Under the pieces are notes generated by a model that was not told the origin of the DNA, did not search any database, and worked only from the letters and a program-made list of their open reading frames with translations. Positions 1 to 11,200 of a stretch of 64,000 bases of DNA are shown one piece after another. The stretch's first letter is position 1. Each line of letters opens with the position of its first letter. Position numbers and translations under genes: made by a program. This DNA is from Phaeosaccion multiseriatum (Eukaryota; Protista; Ochrophyta, other classes): the NCBI GenBank assembly GCA_965112735.1, contig OZ218950.1:1302001-1366000 (forward strand), given 5' to 3'.

Positions 1-1371
1 GAGTACCTCTTGGTGTTTCAGGATTGGTTCACGAAGTGGACAGTGGTGGTGCCTTTGAGGGCACAGGACTATACGGCGGAAGGTATTGCTCGGGCCTTCG
101 TGCGGCATGTCGTCACCACCCTGGGTGTGCCCCGAGTGCTGGTGAGTGATCAAGGCTCGCAGTTCACCAGTGCGCTCATGGGCGATGTGATGCGGGTTCT
201 ATCGGCGTCGCAAGTGTTCACGACGCCAATGCACCAACAGGCCAATGGGCAGGTGGAGCGCTTCATGGCCACGATCAAGGACATGTTGGCGACGACCGTG
301 GAGTCACAGATGCAGCAGTGGCCAGATTACGTCGCCGGGCTCACCTATGCGTACAACTGCCGCTCGCAGGAGAGCACGGGGATGGCGCCATTCTACGCCT
401 TGTTCGGTCGGCACCCCCCGGTGCCTCTACAGGCGATGCTTCCGGCGCTAGTGGAGGACGGGTCGTTTTCGTCTGCCTCGGCATGGGTCCACGAACTGCG
501 GGCACGTCTGGCTGCGGCTGCGGCGGTGGTCAATGGGAGGCGCTGCGACTACCACGGGAGATTGCAGCTGAAGAACGCCTCACGCCGTTGGCCGACGCCC
601 CTGCGACCCGGCACCAAGGTGATGTTGTATCGTCCTGGTGCCGCCGCCCAGCAAGAAGGGGAAGAACTCGAAGGGCCCCCGTCAGCGCAACTCAAGGCTC
701 TGCAGCACTCGTGGGATGGTCCTTATACAGTCTTGCCTTGGCCATCTCTGGGGGCCTACTGTGCTCAGCATGGGCGGGTGAGTGAAGAGCACTATCAGGT
801 CATGCAGCGCAGCGCAGTGTATCTGTCTATGAAACGGGTGCGCGGCAATGGTGTGGAGCAGCTGCAACGGGCGTACCACAGAGACTTGACGAAGCCGTTC
901 ATCGATGGGGTGAGCGAGCGGCCCTTCGGTCTCCCGGAAGGGTTCGCCAGGTATCATATCCGTTGGTGCTCTCCTCAGTGGGCTACCAGCGCAATGCAGG
1001 AGCAGCGTAGCTTAGAGCTGGACGAGGTGAGTGAAGGGAAAGTGCCCACGCTGGCGAGGATTGTGAAGTTCCGCTGGCGCAAAGCCACGGGGCTGCCACT
1101 GCGGCGAGAGTATAACGTGCGGTGGGCCGTGTCGGACGGCGGCACTTTCCAGACCTGGGAATGGGCTGAGTGGTTACTGGAGCGGGGACACGCCAAGGCC
1201 ATAGAGGCGTTCGAGAACGCCCTCCCGCACACTGCCCTTGATCCAGGAGTGAATGTCAAAAGAGGGCATAGGTCTAAACGGGAAAGTACGATCCGTCTGC
1301 GGCAACATGAGAAGTGGGGCAGCGGGCTGGCGCACGAGACGCAATTCTATCGCTCGCATCTCGGCTTCTGA
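1..1371 (+). CDS. pol: C-terminal part of pol: integrase catalytic core plus chromodomain (5'-partial)
   Basis: QDWFTKW...GVPRVLVSDQGSQFTS...TTPMHQQANGQVER (rve DDE core), WDGPYTV (GPY/F motif), EYNVRW...TWE (chromodomain-like). Stop TGA at 1369-1371. Confidence 0.93.
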   Translation, partial: EYLLVFQDWFTKWTVVVPLRAQDYTAEGIARAFVRHVVTTLGVPRVLVSDQGSQFTSALMGDVMRVLSASQVFTTPMHQQANGQVERFMATIKDMLATTVESQMQQWPDYVAGLTYAYNCRSQESTGMAPFYALFGRHPPVPLQAMLPALVEDGSFSSASAWVHELRARLAAAAAVVNGRRCDYHGRLQLKNASRRWPTPLRPGTKVMLYRPGAAAQQEGEELEGPPSAQLKALQHSWDGPYTVLPWPSLGAYCAQHGRVSEEHYQVMQRSAVYLSMKRVRGNGVEQLQRAYHRDLTKPFIDGVSERPFGLPEGFARYHIRWCSPQWATSAMQEQRSLELDEVSEGKVPTLARIVKFRWRKATGLPLRREYNVRWAVSDGGTFQTWEWAEWLLERGHAKAIEAFENALPHTALDPGVNVKRGHRSKRESTIRLRQHEKWGSGLAHETQFYRSHLGF

Positions 1372-1409
1372 GGGAGCTAGCGGAAGAAGCGGGGGTGTAG
1401 TGAGGGGGA

Positions 1410-1604
1410 TGTTAGAAGTGGCCTAGTTGGGGTCCCTTGGGGACCCAATCAGTAGTGTAACGGCCGGAAAACGGGCCAACTAGACGGTAAATCAGTAATA
1501 AAGAAAGGAAGCGCAGCCTGCGTGTGGGCTGGCTTCCGGGTGCTTGCTTCAGCTTCTGCTCTGCTCTAGCTTGGCTTTGAGGCTAGCTGTCGGTAGTTTC
1601 GACA
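1410..1604 (+). repeat. 3' LTR of copy 2 (195 bp, TG...CA)
   Basis: tgttagaagtgg...agtttcgaca. Differs from the copy-1 LTRs in the aataaa(g/a) tract (1 bp shorter) and at agcttctgct vs agctcctgct. Confidence 0.95.
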
Positions 1605-1615
1605 CACACACTTAC

Positions 1616-2240
1616 CAGTCAAGACTCAGGAAACCCCCTTCAGCGAGGGCCTCGAACGCCTGTGTACCCAGCAGCAAGTTGACGCCTCCCACCAAAGCGA
1701 TGTCACACTTCCCCAGCCGCAAGCTGCTGCAGGCCCCCTCCAGTGCCACCAAAGACGACGAGCACGCCGTGTCGACACTCATGCTCGGCCCTCCGAGGCC
1801 CAGCACGTACGACATCCGATTTGCCGGACTCGCATTGGACATGCCCATGACGGAGTACGCACCCTTGTTCGCATCGTCTACCACTGAGCCCCACTCGCTG
1901 CCGGACATGCCCACGAACACACCGGTGTTGCTGCCATGTAGTGTGTCCTTGCGGTATCCCGCCCTGTGCAGCGCCTCGTACCCCACCTCCAGCATGACGC
2001 GCTGATGAGGGTCCATGGCACCTGCCTCGGCCGCAGAAATGCCGAAGAAGGTGTTGTCAAAAGCCTCCACTCCATCAATGAAGCCCCCTTGCCACTGCTT
2101 CTGACCCTCATCGGCCCAGCGACCAACAGGGCTGGCTCCAATACAGTCTGTCCCTGCACAGAGCATAGCCCAGAAGTCCTCGGGGTTCTTAACCCCTCCA
2201 GGGAAGCGACAGGCGATCCCGACGACGGCCAGCGGCGCCC
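1616..2240 (-). other. N-terminal half of the module-5 KS (continues beyond the retrotransposon, outside the window)
   Basis: PLAVVGIACRFPGG...MDPHQR...VDTACSSS...GFLSLD, then donor GTAAGT starting at 1615. Confidence 0.88.
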
Positions 2241-5200
2241 TTGAGTCAGTGCGGTGCGCTTCAGCAGCGATCGCCGCAGAGCGACTGCCATAGGCTTCCT
2301 CTACCTCGCCAAGCACCTCCGCTTCGATCCACACTGCCAGCGCCGCTACCGTGGGATACGCGAAGAGCACGTCAGTGGTCACTACAGCCCCGAAGCGAGC
2401 CTGTAGACGGCCGCGCAGCTCCACTGTTGACAAAGAGTCAAGACCTGCCTCCATCAAAGGCGTGTTCGCGTCCAGCTCTTCGGCACCCTCCCCAAGTAGG
2501 TCCTTGGCGATATCAAGCACCGCCAATCGCACTGATTGCTGTCGCTCGCCAGGGGGCAGTCTCAAGAGCGCCTCGCGCACTTCATTGTTGAGTTCGGTGT
2601 TTCTCGACGCGCCCGCTGCTGCTGCGACAAGCCCTGACAGAAGGAACGAGCCGCGGGACGCACCCAAGCTGTCTGCAAACTTGGCCCAGTCCATCCCTGG
2701 CAGCACGGCCACATCGCCCAAATACGCTGACGACATCGCAGCGGCATCTAAGGCAGCCATGCCCAGCTCAGATGACACCGTGCCCACACCCGCCAGCTCC
2801 AACTGCTTTTGAACGATATCGAGCTGGGCGGCCATACCCACGTCAGCCCACGGCCCCCACTGCACTGACGTCCCTGTGAGCCCGAGGTGTCGCCTGTGCC
2901 GTATCAGCCCGTCCACTGCCGCATTCGCTGCAGCGTAGTTGGCCTGTCCAGCGTTACCCAGTACTCCCGCCATGGATGTGAAGCAAAAGAAGAAGTCAAG
3001 GCCAGGAGCGCGTCCCTCCTCCTTCGCCCAAGCCAACGAAAGCTCGTGCAAATTTATCGCCCCCTGCACCTTCGGTCGGAACACGTTCGTCATGCTCTCC
3101 GCCGTTTGCTCTCCCAGCAGCTTATCATCCAGCACCCCGGCAGCATGCACCACGCCGCGCACAGGGGGCAGCAGAGGCAGCACGACCCCCAGGCAAGTCC
3201 GAAGTGCCTCAACATCAGCAACGTCACAAGTAGGAGTATGGATCAGCTCCACCTCGTTCTGAAGCTGCTGCCATTGCTCTGTCATGCTCTCAGCGACCTT
3301 CCCACTCCTCGACAGCAGCACCAAGTGACGAGCGCCCCTCGACGCGAGGTGCTGGGCCGTTACGAGGCCGAGAGCCCCCAGACCGCCGCTGATGACGTAC
3401 GTGCCGTCGGACACCACTGGCACACCATACGAGGGGTTGGTTAGCACCACCTTGCCGATATGCTTCGCTTGGCTCATGAGTGCCATAGCCTTCTGGGTAT
3501 CCTCCCTCATGTCAAAGGGTATGGTTGGTAAGGGCTTTACATTGCCAGACATGCAGTCTTCAGCCAGATGCTGCAGCTCGTCGCTTATCCAGCCCGGCCC
3601 ACCCACCGAAAAGTCGAACTCGATAATGGCGTCCACAGCGACGAGGTTGTACCTCACATCGGGACGGGCGGTGTGCATCTGCTCGTGACTCCATACACCT
3701 ATCTTCCCAATCTCCACGAATCTGCCTCCCTCTGTCAGCATGTCCAATGAGAAGGGAATGTAGTCCTCGCTCAGAGAGTTGAGCACCACGTCCACCTTCA
3801 TCTCACCCATGGACTGCTTGAACGCCTCTGCGTCTCTTGAAGACGCAATGTGCTCCACTCCCAGGCTCCGGAGGAAGTCATGCTTCACAGCAGCACCGGC
3901 AGTAGCGTACACCTCCGCGCCCACCCGCTGAGCATACTGCACGGCGGCAAGGCCCACACCGCCCGATGCGGCATGAATCAACACCTTCTCTCCAGCCTTG
4001 AGGTCGTGGAAGGCCTTCACTACCGTCAAGAACACGGTGGGAAGTGCAGCGGCCTGCTCGAAGCTCAGCACGGCCGGCATCACGGCCAGACACACATCAC
4101 TCGTCGTCATATGACTGCGCAAACATCCCGCATCCGCAAAGCCAAACACTGCGTCGCCGACACGGAAGCGCGAGCTTCCTCCCACACTGAGCACCTCCCC
4201 GGCGAACTCTGAGCAAGGATCTCCAGGATCGCCAGGGTACATGTCCAGCACATTCAGCACGTCCCGGAAGTTAAGGCCAACGGCCCTTACGGCCACCTCC
4301 ACGGAGCTGTCATCAAGGGGCTGATGTTTGCCATTGTTCACATCATCACGAAGGGCGAAAGCGTTGGCAATGCTGCCTCTTGCCTTCAAGTCAAGCACGA
4401 AGGGAAGCTGCAGGGGCTGACGTATAAGATGAGGAGCCCAGCACTGTCCGTCGCGTACCCACACATCTTCTGTGGCAGGGAAGGCCAAACCTAAGGCAAG
4501 CTCGCTGTCTTGGACCTTCTTGTCGCTCAGGTCCACCACGCCAATCTGCAGGGAGGGGTGCTCCACCCTCGCAGTCCGCACCAGCCCAGTCACCCAGCTG
4601 TGACGCCAGTCCTCGCCACTTTGGACGCCTCTCGTCAAAACCGTCAGCGGTACCCTTGATGCAGTACACAGGCTCCTAAGTAGAGCCATGAGGGCGTAGG
4701 CCGCTCGTGCTTGCGGGCTTCCTTCTGCGTCTTCTTCGCCAGCTCCGGGTATCAGCACGTACAAGACGCGATCCCACTCGTCCTCTCCGAGAAGAAGAGC
4801 ACCATCATCCCCGGAGGCGTCCATCCGCCCATATCGAGTGTGTACGTCCACGTTCTCCGGAGCACAGCGCCGCACTGCAGCAATGATTGCAGTCTCTCCC
4901 TCCCTCTCGTCCTGCGGAATAACCACGAGCCACTTTTGGCGCGCCGCCGCCTCAGCAGGGTCAGTATCACTTCCAGGGGCCTCCTCTTGTGTGTGTGTAG
5001 ACGACTCAGTGGTCTGCCATTCCAGCGTGTACATCGCCCGACGAAGCGGATTGGGGCGCGCAAAGCCTCTCGCCCGCTGAGTGCGGAACCCACGCATCTC
5101 CACAAGAATCTGCTTGCTATCAAAGTCGGCAATCTTGATATCAAACTTGATGCTGTTGCCCCCGGGCTCCACTTCACCGAGCGTCGTGTGCACCCAAACT

Positions 5201-8200
5201 GTCTCTCCCGTTATGGGGGCAGAAACGATCACCTCGTCAAAGCCAACAGGCAGGAATGGAGCTCCATCCCTCGCTCTCAGCAACTGGCGTGGGATTGCCT
5301 GCAAAAGTGAGTGAGTCGCATTGTCGAGCACCGCAGGGTGCATAGCAAAGCCCATCACCTCCCATGGCTCGCACAGGTCCGAGTCGAGAGCACGCACGAC
5401 CGATAGCACCTCTCCGTCATTGGCGAACACCTGTAAATTCCGCTCAAAGCGAGGGCCATAGTTAAAGTTGGCATCCGCCATTGCCTTGTACAGGCCATGG
5501 GCCAAGTCCTCAGTCCCTACCCGCCCCTTGATTCCCTCTACATCGAGCATGTCACGCGGCTCGGTTCGCTCCATGACAGACACGTGGTCCATCCTCGCGG
5601 TCGCTCCCTTGTCACCCTCAACGCCTCCGAAAAACTGCATGCTTCCATCGCTCGCGTATAGAGCACTCAAGCCGTCACAGACAATAGTATTGCGGCTCTG
5701 CGCTTGGTCCGTGCCCGTGTGCTGGAAACCCTCAATCTCCAATGGAGCCACAAAGCTGGCTCCTTGCAGGACTACCTGCTGCTCCGTCCCGAGCTGTCTT
5801 CCTCCTAGAACAGTGACAACACTCACTTCAATGTACGTTACCCCTGGAATGATCACCACATTGTTGACTGCGTGGTCCTTGAGAAGGTCCTTGATGTGAG
5901 GCGAGAAGGGGCAACAGAGCCGCATTCCGTCTCCCTCTTGGACCACCTCGCCACTGGGCATGAATGCCAGTGGAGGCCTGAACCACGAAATGCTTGGCGT
6001 GTGCGGTACAATGCGCCACGCTCTGACTCGCTGTCCTTCTGAAGAGCATCGTTGAGACTGACGCCCTCTCTGTCGGCATGCGCGGCCGTCCTCCCAGCTC
6101 TGGGACCGGATAGCACGGCGTGAGCATTGGTTCCGCCCGCACCGAAAGAGCTCACGGCAGCAACGAGCGCTCCTGTCCACCCGCCTTGACCCACGGGCTC
6201 CAGGGTCACAGGTAACGTCACGGGGACGCCCGTGAGCTCCAGCTCGGGGTTGATGTCCTTCAAATGCAGGTTCGGAGGGGCGACGCGGTGCTGCAGCACC
6301 AGTACGGTCTTGATGAGGCCTGCAATACCTGCTGCACCCTCCAGATGGCCGATGTTGGCCTTCAGCGCACCTACCACCAAGGCATTTGCCTCGCTGCGGT
6401 CCGGTCCGCAGTACACTGCCTTAAGGGCGCTCATCTCGATGGGGTCTCCCAGCGCCGTGCCCGTGCCGTGCGCCTCCACGAAGCTCACCTCTGCGGGGTC
6501 CCTTCCCGCTTCTGCCAGAGCGGCAGACAGGAGTTGCTGCTGAGCAAGAGGACTGGGTGCCGTCAGACGAGCGCTGGCCCCATTGTGGTTGGCAGCACAG
6601 CCCTCGATCACCGCTAGGACAGTGTCCCCGCTGGCCACAGCATCATCAAAGCGTTTCAGTACAATGGCACCACATCCTTCGCCTCTGACATAACCATTTG
6701 CCGATGCGTCAAACGTCTTGCAGCGCCTGTCGCAAGGCAGAGCAAGGTTGGTGGGGTGTGAGTGGGGTGCAGCGGAAGGTCTTGTTTGACTGTAGAGAAG
6801 ACGCCCAAGAATGAGCTGCACGGAGCAGAAAAGGGAAAAATGCTTCAGAGCACTCAGACCAGAGCGGCCAGTGCCACTTACCAATCGGGGGAGAGGAAGG
6901 TCCCCGCAATCAAGGACTGAAAGGCGCTTTTCCCGAGCAGCAGGTTCACGCCACCGACCACCGCCGAGTCGCACTTGCCCAGGCGGAGGTTGCTGCAGGC
7001 AGCGTCCAGAGCCACCAGGGACGACGAGCATGCTGTCTGCAGCAACGCACTGGGGCCGCAGAGGCCCAGAGTGTAGGATACGCGATTAGCAATGTTCGAA
7101 GCCGTCAGGCCCATTCCGCCGTAGGCGCTCTGAGCAGCGGCATCTCCTGCCACGAAGCCCCAGTCCGTGTCCGACAAGCCCACGAACACGCCGGTGTTGC
7201 TGCCCCGCAGGCTGCTCTTGCTGTGGCCGGCGCGATGGAGGGCCTCGAAGGCCACCTCCAGCATGAGGCGCTGATTGGGGTCCATTGCCTCTGCCTCGGC
7301 AGCACTGATACCAAAGAAGGCATTGTCGAACATCTCCACGCCCTCGATGAACCCTCCCTGTAGCTGCAGCTCGCCCTTATTACTCTCCCACCTGTCGTGT
7401 GGCGCTGCCGTAATGCAATCTCTGCCCTCGCACAGCAGCGACCAGAACTGCTCCGGGCTATTGGCTCCGCCGGGGAGGCGACACGCCATACTCACTACAG
7501 CGATGGGGGATCGAGAGTCCGAGGACAAGCGCTGTCCTGTCAGCACCTCTTTACCCCCCTCTGCATCATCCAGCACCTCAAGAATCTGGGCCTCGAGCCA
7601 CGCGGCCATTGTAGACACTGATGGATACGAGAAGAAGGCACCATTCGAAACGGTGACACCACACCAGGCCTCGACTCGCTTGCGAAACTCCACGGACGCC
7701 ATCGAATCGAGTCCGGCTTCCATCAAGGGTGTCGTTGCTGCCAAGGTGAAGTCCTCGCCAACGCACTCCACCACCATGTCCGTCAGGACCTGCTCGATCC
7801 TCTCCCGCCGTGCTGACTCCGGCAAGAGCAGGAGCTCCTCCCGCACCTCGGCGTTGACGCTGGAGCCCTTTGACGCCTCACCATTTTCTCCGCGGTCGGT
7901 CAATTGCCCGAGGAAATCGCTGTGCACAGGGGCCAAGCTCGCTCGAAATCTGCCCCACCTCATGGCCGGCATGACGGCCACCTCCTGTACGTTGGCTTGC
8001 GCTTGACTTGCAAGGACGGCATCCAGAGCCTTCATGCCCAGCGCCGATGAGATCAGGCCCACTCCGGCCATCTCGAAAAGACTGTGTGACGTCGTAGACC
8101 TCGCTGCCATGCCCGCCTCACCAAAGGGCCCCCACTGAATGCTGGTGCCCGCCAGCTTGAGCTGCTGCCGGCGGTAGCGCATCAGACCATCGAGCGCGGA

Positions 8201-11200
8201 GTTGGCTGCGGCATAATTCATCTGTCCGATGTTACCAAGTATCCCAGCCATAGATGAATACGATATGAAGAAGTCCAAGTTCTCTTCCCTCTCGGCCCAC
8301 TCAAGCGACAGCTCATGCAGGTTCCAAGCCCCTTGAAGCTTTGGTGCGAACACATTCCGCATGCTCTGGTCGGTCTGCCCAGTCAACCTGCGGTCATCTA
8401 GAACCCCCGCTGCGTGAATCACACCCCGAATATGAGGCAGGCCCACCAAAGCCTTGAATACAGCGCCTCGAAGCTGATGCATGTCGGACACATCACAGGC
8501 CACGGCCACAGCGGTGACACTCTCCATGCTCTGCAGGGCCTGCCACAGCTCTGAAACTTCCTCCGCCGCCCGGCCGCTTCGGGATAGGAGAAGCAGGTGT
8601 CGAGCACCCTGGGACACCAAGTGATTCGCCGCCGCCAGACCCAGTCCCCCCAGACCACCGCTGATCAGGTAGGTCCCATCCTCCCTGCACCTGAAGCGAT
8701 CGACTCCTGCCGATGTCAGATGGAGTGCGCTGGGCACCAGCCTCGGAGCGAGGATCTCACACCCTCGAACCAGCAGGTCCACGCCTCGCGCTCCGTCGTG
8801 AGCTTCTGCAGCCAGCGTCACAGCCTGGGAGACAGTTTGGGCTTCCACCTCCTCTACTCTAGGTCGTGCATCCTCAAACTGTGGAGACATGGCACACTCA
8901 AGGTCCAAGTGGTTCACGGCGAGGTCGCCCCGCTCCAGGCGTACGCTTCTCACCAGTCCCACTGCCCAGCTGCCCTGCCAGCCCACACCGCTGTACACTC
9001 CCGTTGTGACCACGGTGATCGGCATCACTGCCTCGTCCCCGTCTAAGCTCTGTACAGTTTGCACAAAGTGGATTGCCCCGTCGGTAGGAGCGCACGTCCC
9101 TGACACCACGTAGAAGAGATGGGCCCCACGTGGCTGCGCGTCCGAGCCGACCGCCTCCACCATGTGCACCTCTACACCATTTGCTGTCGCCGTGCTTCGA
9201 ATAGCTTCCAAGGCTCTGTGGTTGTTCGATGCGTGCTGCCCTTCGGCTGCCTCGGGAATCACGACGAGCCACGGAAGGCTGTCGGGCGCAGAAGCCTGCT
9301 GCGAAGCCGAGGGTACCTCCACCGCCTCCCAATCAACAACATAGAGCGGGCCCTGCTCAACCTCACTCCGCGTCTGAGGTGCATCGGTGGCTCGCGCTGT
9401 GTACCAAGGAAAGGCTTTGCGCGTTGGGAACAGGATGTGCTGCTTGCCCTCACGCTCTTGCTGCTGCACTGTGCTCAGAGCAAATCGAAACGAATCTTCG
9501 GAGTTCTGCCCTCGCGTGAGGGAGGGGATCCACGCCAGGCCCTCGCGACGCTCGCAGTTGGCCCCCATACTGCTCAGCACCGAATTGGGCCCCACCTCAA
9601 CGATGCTCAGGTCAGCCCCCCTCCCGTCTCCCATCCAGTGCTCCACCACCGTGTGGATGCCTTCTGCGAACAGCACTGGCGACAGCATGTGTTGCACCCA
9701 ATACGTCGCCTGCGTCACCTCCTCCCCTCTCACCACCTCACCCGTCACGTTGGACACCAGGGGAATGCGTGGGGCGCTGAGTGACACCTGCCTCAGAGCC
9801 TCCTCCAGCTCACGTACAGCGGGCTCCATCAGAGGAGAGTGGAAGGCGTGCGACACCTCCAGAGCCTTGCAGCCCACCCCATCTGCCGTCAGCCTCTCCA
9901 CCACCTTGTCCACAGCACTGCGCGCTCCAGAGATCACGCTCGCGCTCGGTCCATTCGACGACGCCAGCACCGCCTCGCCTATCCCCCCCGCAGCGTCGAT
10001 CCTTGCCAAAGTCGCCTCTTTGCCTGCCCTCACTGCGAACATCACCCCCTCGCCCTCGGGGCAGGCCTGCATGGCGGCTCCTCGTTTGGCGGACAGCATC
10101 AGCCCGTCCTCCAGCGACATGACGCCGGCCACGCACGCCGCCACTACCTCGCCCAGGCTGTGGCCCATCACCATGGAAGGCTCCACACCCTCCGACTTCC
10201 ACAGCTCACACAGGGCGTACTCCAGCACAAACAGGCACGGCTGGCAGTAGCGTGTCTCCTTCAGCAGCGCTTGTGCAGTCTCCTCCTCCTCCTTCCCATC
10301 CTCAGCGACGGCAGGGTACATGAGCTCCACCACAGATTTATCCAGCCAGGCCCGCTCCATGAGCAGCCTACTGCACCGCTGTATGCACTCGCGGAATACG
10401 CCCTCCTTCTCGTACAGCTCCCTGCCCATGCACACGTACTGCGAGCCCTGTCCGGTGAACAAACACGCCACTGGAGTCTCTGCTTGCCCCGGATTAGGGC
10501 CTGGCGCACCCTCACTCTTCTCCCCATAGCTCCTCAGCAGCACGTGTGCATTAGTTCCTCCCGCCCCGAATGAGCTCACCCCCACCAACATGTCTCCCTC
10601 GTCCTCCAGCTGCACCATCACCGACGGGAGCTGCACGGGGAAGCCGTCCATGTCCAGCTCCGGGTTGACGCTCTTGAGGTGAAGGTTGGCGGGCACGGCG
10701 CGGTGCTGCAGCATCAAGACGGCCTTGATGAGCCCGGCAATGCCCGCCGCACCCTCCAGATGGCCAATGTTGGTCTTGACTGCACCCACCACAAGCCGGA
10801 AAGAGTCGTCACGGTTCTTCCCGTACGTGGCCTTCAGAGCGCTCATCTCGATGGGGTCGCCTAGCGAGGTTCCCGTGCCGTGCGCCTCCACGATGCGTAC
10901 CTCGGAGCCCTCTCGACCGGCCTCACGCAGCGTCGCCTCGATGAGTCTCTGCTGGGCGGCGGGGCTGGGGGCCGTGAGGCGGGCACTGGTTCCGTTGTGG
11001 TTCACGGCACAGCCCTCAATCACAGCGAGGACCGTGTCTCCGGCAGCGAGGGCGTCATCCAAAAGTTTCAGCACAACGGCACCGCATCCTTCACCACGCA
11101 CGTATCCGTTTGCCGACGCGTCGAACGTCTTGCAGCGCCTGAGAAGGGCATGGGAATTGTGGGATGGGGTGAGATAAGTTGACTTGGTAAGGCACTCAAG

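Larger units (their letters stand above)
1..1604 (+). mobile_element. 3' part of a Ty3/gypsy chromodomain LTR retrotransposon (copy 2; 5' part lies outside the window)
   Basis: Near-identical to 36852-38456 (offset 36851). Contains the integrase core, GPY motif, chromodomain, polypurine tract (~1399-1409) and 3' LTR. It abuts the 5' end of a PKS intron. Confidence 0.96.
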
